51,143 nt of DNA from Bacteroidota bacterium (GTDB lineage Bacteria > Bacteroidota > Bacteroidia > Chitinophagales > Chitinophagaceae), in assembly GCA_023392575.1 (NCBI GenBank), contig JAEVYV010000319.1, positions 1 to 51,143 on the forward strand. The letters run 5' to 3'. The stretch's first letter is position 1, and every line of letters starts with the position of its first letter. Below, in pieces: positions 9,013-16,024 of this stretch. The translations under genes and the position numbers were made by a program. The notes below the pieces were generated by a model. That model was given only the letters and a program-made list of their open reading frames with translations. It made no database searches and was not told the origin of the DNA.

Positions 9013-9564
9013 CTATAAGAACTCAAGTGTTAATAGTCCGGCTTTCTTTTGCTGGTAACACCTGGCACTGCTGTATAAATAGTCTTCTGCTTTTTCAACA
9101 AGGCCCGCTGTAACTGGGTTGTTGTGAATATAGTTTAGTTTTTGAACACTGAATGCAGGACTATAGCATTCTTCCGGATGGTTGTCTTGCCGCCAAAACT
9201 GGTATTCGCTGTTGCGGCTGTTCTTTGCTCCCTGTTGCTTAAAGATGGAAAGCATCCACTCTTTTCTGCTTTCCTGTTCATTATTTTGAATGGCCGTAAC
9301 TATTTGTTTGGAAGTAAATTTTTTAAAGTCACGAAGAATATCACTCAGGTTGGCCTCTTTGGCCGCAGCCAGTAAATGAACATGGTTGCTCATTATGCAC
9401 CAGGCATACAGTAAAAGTCCCTTTTGATTTTGGCAATGCCGGAGGCTGTCCAGTAAAATGTCCCGGTACTGTTTTCTGGTAAATACATCTACCCATTCTA
9501 CTACAGCAAATGTGATAAAATGTATTTCCTGTTTGTTTCTTATTTTATAACCGCCAATGCTCAT
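9013..9564 (-). mobile_element. REP-associated tyrosine transposase (RAYT / TnpA-REP, IS200/IS605-related Y1 HUH endonuclease), intact ORF
   Basis: HFITF, CIMSNHVH (HUH), RDFKKFTS, FWRQ, YIHNNPV (catalytic Tyr) and YSSA motifs. No tnpB. REP hairpins on both sides. Confidence 0.92.
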
Positions 9565-9609
9565 GATGGTTTGATTGCTTTTTAAACTTACAGAAACCGG
9601 ATGGTTCTA

Positions 9610-9749
9610 GCAACGTGCAGCCAGGAAAGAATGTTTGCAGTTTAAGGCTGGTTTTCGTTTGCAACGAAGGCCCGTCCTTCTAATGAAAATGAAAATTTAA
9701 AACAGTAATGCATGGTTTTGACGGGCCTGAGTCGCAGACTCAGGCCAAC
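9610..9749. repeat. Inverted REP doublet upstream of the RAYT (variant hairpin 9650-9672 on minus; type-A 9724-9746 on plus)
   Basis: Both hairpins have a GACG foot, a 10-bp stem, a GCA loop and an ARC tail, and point away from each other. Confidence 0.85.
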
Positions 9750-10144
9750 AGATGAGTTGATACCATTGCATTTTTGTTCCAGGTTGAGAATTACTATGTG
9801 GAAACGTTTTTTAATTCTGGCAATAAAACAATTAAGGAATTCGGAATGATTGAGCAAACCACACTGCTTCGTCCCTATCTCGATAGTATACGTATCGATG
9901 ACCTTTTAAATTAAAATGAATGGCCGTTTAAAGCTGTATCACCGGCCACGGCCGGTATATTTGGCTTTTATTTAAGGGTTATTGGTTTGCAAAGTTTAGC
10001 AAGGCAGTAATAATGTATTATCTTCACCGGGACAATTTGAGCCTCGCATCGTATTTAGTTAATTATCCTGCTTAGCAATCTGCATCTTAGTTAGTTTCTA
10101 CTCTGCTTATCTCAGATCTTTTTTAATTTATTAATTATTCACAA

Positions 10145-10465
10145 ATGAACATTTACGTTTCAAACTTAAGCTTCAACATTCAGGATGAGGATTTGAGAGA
10201 ATTTTTTGCTCCGTATGGAGAAGTTACTTCCGCTAAGATCATTAACGACAGGGAAACCGGCAGATCACGAGGCTTTGGCTTTGTTGAAATGTCCGATGAT
10301 GCAGCTTCCAAAAAAGCTATTGATGAATTGAATGGTGCCGATGTTGATGGCAGAACCATTAATGTAACAGAGGCAAAGCCCAAAGAAAAGAAATCTTTCG
10401 GTGGCGGCTTTGGCAAAAGCGGAGATTATAACAATAGCAGAAGTTATAACAAGAACAGGTATTAA
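10145..10465 (+). CDS. RRM-domain RNA-binding protein with Gly-rich tail
   Basis: RNP2 IYVSNL and RNP1 RGFGFVEM. Confidence 0.95.
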   Translation: MNIYVSNLSFNIQDEDLREFFAPYGEVTSAKIINDRETGRSRGFGFVEMSDDAASKKAIDELNGADVDGRTINVTEAKPKEKKSFGGGFGKSGDYNNSRSYNKNRY

Positions 10466-10506
10466 TACAGTCTCTTTCAATTTAAATACCATCCCTTTCA
10501 ATTTAT

Positions 10507-10527
10507 AAGCCCCGAAAGGGGCTTTTT
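10507..10527 (+). terminator. Rho-independent terminator
   Basis: aagcccc-gaaa-ggggctt followed by a T run. Confidence 0.85.
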
Positions 10528-10546
10528 CATATCTAAAACCCAACTT

Positions 10547-10792
10547 ATGGCACAATTTTCAAAAACAATCGCTGTGGGTAAAGAAAACCGCTTATTCCTG
10601 TTCAAAAGAATGGAGAATACACAGGGCATTAAGTTTTTTATCACTTCAACTGATGCGGATCAAAAACCCGTTGCTTTCAGCCTCAGGCAAAATCCCCACG
10701 GAACCAACTGGAAACTGGTACCCGGTTCGCTACGCTGGCTTTACCAGATTGAAGAAGAGCTTTCTGATGCCATTATAGAAACGATAGAATAG
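10547..10792 (+). CDS. Small hypothetical protein (81 aa)
   Basis: ATG start after an A-rich leader; protein-like composition; fills the gap between the terminator and the repeat. Confidence 0.65.
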   Translation: MAQFSKTIAVGKENRLFLFKRMENTQGIKFFITSTDADQKPVAFSLRQNPHGTNWKLVPGSLRWLYQIEEELSDAIIETIE

Positions 10793-10798
10793 CCAAGA

Positions 10799-10907
10799 GC
10801 TCCCACTGCTGGCCTGAGTCTCCGGCTCCGGTCCGTCAACAAAACTATTTTTACAAGAATAAAGTCTACATTTTAAAGTTGGACCTGAGTCGCCGACTCA
10901 GGTCAAC
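10799..10907. repeat. REPIN-like inverted REP doublet, left of the acyltransferase
   Basis: Minus-strand hairpin 10811-10833 and plus-strand hairpin gacctgagtc-gcc-gactcaggtc 10882-10904. 10799-10891 is repeated at 12266-12356. Confidence 0.9.
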
Positions 10908-11125
10908 GAATTATAGTTTTTAATTAATGAATCAAGATGTTTTGTATACAAAAAATACAATACACAATATAATATCCACTTGTTCAAAAGATTTGTGTGG
11001 TGCTAAGCAATCATCAACTTAGTCCCGGCAATCAAAAACATTTAAAAAAACCACTCAGCCGCTTCTTATTTGTTGGCTTCAATATTATATTAGCTTTTTA
11101 AGCAACCATACTAATAGCCAACTTC

Positions 11126-12244
11126 ATGCGATACATTAAAGAACTGGAGAGCATCCGCGCTGCGGCAATCGCATTAGTTTTTATCTGGCACGGGTTACCC
11201 AAGAATCTTACTGTACATAAATTCTTACCAGGTCCTATGGGAGTCAATTTATTTTTTGTCCTCAGCGGCTTTTTAATCACCCAGATACTCTTGCATAACC
11301 GAAGTAAAACAGAAAGATTAAACGGAAAGAAAAGCACAATCCTTGGCAGTTTTTATATCAGAAGAATACTTAGAATTGTTCCAATTTATGTTCTTACAAT
11401 CTTTGCAATTATACTATTGCGGCATACATTAAAATTGGATTATACCAAAGGAGAATTAGTTTCCAATCTGACATACACGACCAATTTTTTTATATACAGT
11501 AAGCAAGAATGGCCATTAGCTACTCCACATTTTTGGTCGCTGGCAGTTGAGGAACAATTTTATCTTTTGTGGCCTTTGTTGATGTTATTCCTTCCAAAGA
11601 AGGTCATTGTCCCCACCATTATTAGTTTTATTGCCATCGGCTTTATAAGCCAGTCTTTTGCAGTGGACAGCAATTTTAGTCCATTATTGCCTAATCAATG
11701 TTTTGATTGCCTTGGGCTAGGTGCGCTGCTTGCCTGGATATATGTTCACAAACCACAGCTCTTACCGAAGTTTTATCGATTGGCTACTGGCGCAATGATC
11801 CTGAGTGTAGCAATTTTTGGATTGCATGTGGCTGAACTCGTACAGGTAAAACAAATCCGGTTTTTACATGCCATCTGGGGAGTTTGGATCATCACTTATG
11901 TTCTCCATTATGCAGGTAAATCAACACTTTTGATTTCTATACTTAATAATAGGTTTTTTAGAAGTGTTGGGAAAGTTAGCTATGGAATCTATTTATACCA
12001 CGTGTTGTTTTTTTACCTAATGGCACAGCTTTGGGGCAATCTTCTAATGGAGTATTGTTTGCCAATTTACCAACAGGCCTATGGACCATGGTTATTTCTA
12101 ATTCTTGATTTTGTCATCTTATATTCTTTGTGCTTATTATCATGGAGATGGATTGAAAAGCCTATCCTGTCCTTAAAAAGAGTTGCGCAATACCAAAAGC
12201 CTTTAAAGGAATTACAGCCAGACAAGTCGTTAGTTGAACAATAG
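11126..12244 (+). CDS. Acyltransferase family 3 (OafA-like) membrane O-acyltransferase
   Basis: LESIR..A...V...H, GVNLFFVLSGFLI, RRILRI.P, HFWSLAVEEQFY and SYGIYLYH motifs. AT-rich. Confidence 0.93.
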   Translation: MRYIKELESIRAAAIALVFIWHGLPKNLTVHKFLPGPMGVNLFFVLSGFLITQILLHNRSKTERLNGKKSTILGSFYIRRILRIVPIYVLTIFAIILLRHTLKLDYTKGELVSNLTYTTNFFIYSKQEWPLATPHFWSLAVEEQFYLLWPLLMLFLPKKVIVPTIISFIAIGFISQSFAVDSNFSPLLPNQCFDCLGLGALLAWIYVHKPQLLPKFYRLATGAMILSVAIFGLHVAELVQVKQIRFLHAIWGVWIITYVLHYAGKSTLLISILNNRFFRSVGKVSYGIYLYHVLFFYLMAQLWGNLLMEYCLPIYQQAYGPWLFLILDFVILYSLCLLSWRWIEKPILSLKRVAQYQKPLKELQPDKSLVEQ

Positions 12245-12265
12245 TTAACGGTGCAACTTGTAGTT

Positions 12266-12356
12266 GCTCCCACTGCTGGCCTGAGTCTGTGACTCTGGTC
12301 CGTCAACAAAACTGTTTACAAGAATAAAGTCTACATTTTAAAGGTGGACCTGAGTC
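12266..12356. repeat. Second REPIN-like copy, right of the acyltransferase; second hairpin truncated after its left arm
   Basis: Direct repeat of 10799-10891 including the spacer acaagaataaagtctacattttaaag. Confidence 0.9.
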
Positions 12357-12794
12357 CTTGCGGCACCCTGTATTTGCTAAAAAATTTTTGTAAAGTGTTG
12401 AACGAATTCGCTATATTTATAATAAGAAGCTAAGCTATCTTTACTTCTCCTTACCAAAACGTGCACCTTTTAGAACTGCTTTATAATCCTTCCTCATTCA
12501 ATTTATTGTAAACTATTCCTGCCCTAGCTCTAGGCAATGACGCCTGGTTCTTATGGAGAGCCCTGCTTATCCAAAATCCAAGGGGGCGCTTTTTGATATA
12601 TGCAAGTGCAGAAAGAATAAACCGCAACCCATGGCAGCTGAAAATGGAGGCATTACAGAAAAAGTGTAGTTTCTGCTTATTTGTAACTGCCGGTGTTGAT
12701 GCCAATTTATTTACCGTCTCATTATTGAACAAAACAGATAGTAACAATATCTGTTTCTGGCGACAGGCTCAATAAATTTTTAAAAACAAACAAT

Positions 12795-13325
12795 ATGAAA
12801 CTGCTATTATTAATTGGCGCTGCACTTGCCTCCATAACAGGTTGTAAGGAAAGTAGTAGTCCTTCCGGCCACACAAGCGAATCAGCCTTAGTACAAAATA
12901 TGGAAGAAAGCAAAGAGGATAGGAATAAACAAATTGCCCTGCTTTGCATAAAATCATGGAGTACAGGGAATATTGATGAAATTGTTAAACATCTGGCTCC
13001 CAATACCGTTGATTACGGTGATGGAAGCACACCACCCGCCAGAGGTATCGATACGGTAAAATCATTTATGGACTTGTGGAGATTTTCAGTTGATGAGTAC
13101 AAGTCGGCAAATGAATTGGCAGTAGCTGATAGTGACTATGTTTTTATTTATGCCGACTGGATGGGTAGGTTTAAAAGCGATTTTATGGGAATGAAAACGG
13201 CAGGAAAATCTTTCAATTTTAAAGACGTTGACATTTTTAAGTTTAACGACGAAGGCAAGATAACAGAGCATCGGGCGGTCCTATTCAGCACAATGCTGAA
13301 AGATTTAGCCACCAGACCCAAGTAG
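12795..13325 (+). CDS. SnoaL-like / ester cyclase (NTF2-like) lipoprotein
   Basis: Lipobox ITGC; FMGMKTAGKSF..KDVDIFKFNDEGKITEH motif. Confidence 0.8.
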   Translation: MKLLLLIGAALASITGCKESSSPSGHTSESALVQNMEESKEDRNKQIALLCIKSWSTGNIDEIVKHLAPNTVDYGDGSTPPARGIDTVKSFMDLWRFSVDEYKSANELAVADSDYVFIYADWMGRFKSDFMGMKTAGKSFNFKDVDIFKFNDEGKITEHRAVLFSTMLKDLATRPK

Positions 13326-13398
13326 CCTGGCTGTATGTTTTGAAAAATTCAAATGCTAAGGACATAACAGATCGGCTTTCAGCCATCAGCCATTAAAG

Positions 13399-13428
13399 AA
13401 AAAGCCCCTGCAATCTGCAAGGGCTTTT
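13399..13428. terminator. Bidirectional terminator between convergent genes
   Basis: aaaagccc(c)tgca-atc-tgca(a)gggctttt. Confidence 0.75.
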
Positions 13429-13452
13429 GAATTTTTACTTTTGACTTTTTCA

Positions 13453-14781
13453 TTAATACCTGTAGTGCTCCGGCTTAAACGGTCCTTCTTTCGCAATGCC
13501 TAAGTACTCGGCCTGCGCAGGTGTCAGTTCATCCAGTTCCACACCAATCTTGGCCAGGTGCAAACGGGCTACTTTCTCATCCAAATGCTTCGGCAGCACA
13601 TACACTTTGTTCTCGTAAGCCGCACCGTTGGTCCACAGTTCAATCTGCGCCAGGGTTTGGTTGGAGAACGAGTTGGACATGACAAAGCTTGGGTGGCCGG
13701 TAGCACAACCCAGGTTCACGAGGCGGCCTTCTGCCAATAAGATGATGTCCTTGCCATCTACATTGTAAATATCCACCTGTGGTTTGATGGTGTCTTTGGT
13801 ATGGCCATAGTTTTTGTTCAACCAGGCTACGTCAATTTCAATATCGAAGTGGCCAATGTTACAAACGATGGTTTTGTCCTTCATCAGTTTAAAATGCTCA
13901 CCGGTGATCAGGTCGCGGCAACCGGAAGCGGTAACGACAATGTCGGCTTCTTTTACAGCATCCTTCATTTTCTTTACTTCAAATCCGTCCATAGCGGCCT
14001 GCAAGGCGCAGATGGGATCGATCTCGGTAACGATCACACGGCAGCCGGCACCAGCCAGAGAAGCCGCAGAACCTTTACCCACATCACCATAACCACCCAC
14101 AACAGCTATCTTACCTGCCATCATTACGTCGGTGGCGCGGCGGATCGAATCCACCAGGGATTCTTTACAACCGTATTTGTTGTCGAACTTGGATTTGGTA
14201 ACAGAGTCGTTTACGTTGATAGCGGGCATGGGCAACGTGCCTTTGGACATTCTTTCGTACAGGCGGTGTACTCCGGTAGTGGTTTCTTCGGAGATGCCTT
14301 TTACGTGTTGAATCAGTTCGGGGTATTGATCCAGCACCATATTGGTAAGGTCGCCGCCATCGTCAAGGATCATGTTCAGCGGACGATCGGCCGCACCAAA
14401 GAACAGGGTTTGTTCAATACACCAATCGGCTTCTTCCTGTGTTTGTCCTTTCCACGCAAATACACCAATGCCAGCAGCGGCAATAGCAGCAGCGGCCTGG
14501 TCCTGCGTAGAGAAAATGTTACAGGAGCTCCATTTTACCTCAGCGCCCAGGGCCACCAGGGTTTCAATCAACACGGCGGTCTGTATGGTCATGTGCAGGC
14601 AACCGGCAATACGGGCTCCCTTCAATGGCTGCGTGGCCGCATACTCTTTGCGGATAGACATCAGACCCGGCATTTCGGCTTCGGCCAAACGAATTTCTTT
14701 ACGGCCCCACTCGGCAAGGCTCATATCCTTCACCTTGTATTTCAGGCTGAAGTCAATGTTTGATTTGGTGATCGTTGACAT
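13453..14781 (-). CDS. ahcY: Adenosylhomocysteinase
   Basis: [31 protein letters not shown] and GHPSFVMS motifs. Confidence 0.98.
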   Translation of the reverse strand: MSTITKSNIDFSLKYKVKDMSLAEWGRKEIRLAEAEMPGLMSIRKEYAATQPLKGARIAGCLHMTIQTAVLIETLVALGAEVKWSSCNIFSTQDQAAAAIAAAGIGVFAWKGQTQEEADWCIEQTLFFGAADRPLNMILDDGGDLTNMVLDQYPELIQHVKGISEETTTGVHRLYERMSKGTLPMPAINVNDSVTKSKFDNKYGCKESLVDSIRRATDVMMAGKIAVVGGYGDVGKGSAASLAGAGCRVIVTEIDPICALQAAMDGFEVKKMKDAVKEADIVVTASGCRDLITGEHFKLMKDKTIVCNIGHFDIEIDVAWLNKNYGHTKDTIKPQVDIYNVDGKDIILLAEGRLVNLGCATGHPSFVMSNSFSNQTLAQIELWTNGAAYENKVYVLPKHLDEKVARLHLAKIGVELDELTPAQAEYLGIAKEGPFKPEHYRY

Positions 14782-14784
14782 TAG

Positions 14785-14865
14785 TGAAAATTTAAAATGT
14801 AAAATTTAAAATGTAAAATGAACAGCTCGAAACCTTAAAAACGGTTTTACCTTTTTCATTTTTCA
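14785..14865. repeat. Inverted heptamer tracts in the ahcY leader
   Basis: (t/g)taaaat-type unit x5 at 14785-14819, opposed by ttttacc/tttttca units at 14845-14865. Confidence 0.7.
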
Positions 14866-14874
14866 TTAACCCCG

Positions 14875-14882
14875 CAAAGGTA
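14875..14882 (-). promoter_or_regulatory. Bacteroidota -7 promoter element (TACCTTTG) for ahcY
   Basis: Exact TAnnTTTG match on the minus strand, about 95 nt upstream of the start. Confidence 0.65.
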
Positions 14883-14973
14883 GGAGGAACAGGATAATAT
14901 TCTTTTTGGTAGTGGAAATTTGGAATAAAGGAGGATTTAAACGCTATTTTGCAGGATAAAATAAGGTTTGCCC

Positions 14974-15462
14974 ATGGCCAAAGCGGTTCAAAAAGAAGAA
15001 ATGCCCACCCTGGATCAAAAGGACCTGGAGATACTGAAACTGTTGCAGCAAAACGCACGGATGACCATTAAGGAGATATCGGAGAAAGTGCACCTCAGCA
15101 CTACGCCGGTGCATGAACGCATCAAGCGCATGGAAGAGAGCGGCGTGATTAAACAATACGTCACCATTGTAAACGGTGCTATGGTGAGAAAGGGGCTGAT
15201 GGTGATCTGTTATGTATCGCTGAAACAACACAGTAAAAATGCAGGCTCAAAGTTTATAAAGAGCATTATGGAAATGAATGAGGTGATCGAGTGCCTGACG
15301 ATCTCCGGCGAGTTTGATTTCTTACTGAAGGTGGTGGCAGAGAACATGGACGCCTATTATGATTTTCATGTAAACCGGTTGAGTGAAATTGAAAACGTAG
15401 GGAATGTGCAGAGCATATTTGTGATGGGGGTGGTGAAGCAGACGAGCCAGTTGGTGTGGTAG
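14974..15462 (+). CDS. Lrp/AsnC family transcriptional regulator
   Basis: LDQKDLEILKLLQQNAR...LSTTPVHERIKRME HTH and a C-terminal RAM-like domain (SGEFDFLLKV). Divergent from ahcY. Confidence 0.93.
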   Translation: MAKAVQKEEMPTLDQKDLEILKLLQQNARMTIKEISEKVHLSTTPVHERIKRMEESGVIKQYVTIVNGAMVRKGLMVICYVSLKQHSKNAGSKFIKSIMEMNEVIECLTISGEFDFLLKVVAENMDAYYDFHVNRLSEIENVGNVQSIFVMGVVKQTSQLVW

Positions 15463-15562
15463 GGAGTAAAAAGTGAAAAATGAAGAATGTAAAATGAAAA
15501 AAAGGTGGGGGAGTGGTTCGGGTTTTAATTTTTAATTTTGGAGTAGACCTTAAATTATTCTT

Positions 15563-15862
15563 ATGTACCATTACGATTCCGTTGCACATGCCATTAATGA
15601 ACTAAAGAAAAAAGGTTATACCGAAGATTTTAACCTTCAGGAGAACTGCCTTGTTTGCAATGCGCAAAAATTCAATCCCGATGATTTTGAAATAAAAGAG
15701 GTGGTGCGTTTTGAAGGCAACAGCGACCCGGCAGATGAAGCCATTGTGTATGGCATTGAATCGAACAATGGATTAAAAGGGGTGTTGGTGAATGGTTATG
15801 GTTATTCATCGGAGCCCATGGGCGAGGCTATTGCCCGGAAGTTGAGCATTGATGCGCATTGA
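15563..15862 (+). CDS. Small conserved Bacteroidota hypothetical protein
   Basis: GYTEDF, RFEGNSDPAD.AIVY.I and KGVLVNGYG motifs, recalled as a common Bacteroidota family of unknown function. Confidence 0.8.
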   Translation: MYHYDSVAHAINELKKKGYTEDFNLQENCLVCNAQKFNPDDFEIKEVVRFEGNSDPADEAIVYGIESNNGLKGVLVNGYGYSSEPMGEAIARKLSIDAH

Positions 15863-15872
15863 GGCGGAGGAG

Positions 15873-15998
15873 ATTGTTAATTGATTATTGTTAATTGTAA
15901 TTGCCCTTTGCGGGTACGAATCTTATTAATCCTTGAATCAATATTGAAAGCTTGTTATGCAGAAATCAATTGCCAATTAGCCATTGACAATTGACAAT
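15873..15998. repeat. Inverted heptamer tracts (attgtta / ttgacaa type)
   Basis: attgttaattgattattgttaattg opposed by caattgccaattagccattgacaattgacaat. Confidence 0.65.
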
Positions 15999-16024
15999 CC
16001 GCCTAATCATTGTATCTTTTTTGC

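Noticed and set aside
9013..9564. Ordinary IS200/IS605 insertion sequence
   Set aside because: No tnpB. The YIHNNPV/YSSA motifs and multiple dispersed flanking hairpins fit RAYT better.
1..12356. CRISPR array interpretation of the repeats
   Set aside because: No regular repeat-spacer period, mixed orientations and no cas genes.
12360..12790. Possible sRNA or small ORFs (12481-12747, 12593-12775) between the REP doublet and the SnoaL gene
   Set aside because: No convincing start context, motif or stable structure could be supported by eye.
13801..14763. 320-aa plus-strand ORF
   Set aside because: Antisense shadow of the highly conserved ahcY; no recognisable motifs.
14782..14970. SAH/SAM riboswitch upstream of ahcY
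   Set aside because: The leader is AT-rich heptamer tracts and I could not identify aptamer consensus elements. An Rfam scan would settle it.
15563..15862. Phosphoribosylpyrophosphate synthetase label often attached to this family
   Set aside because: At 99 aa it is far too short and has no PRPP synthetase motifs.
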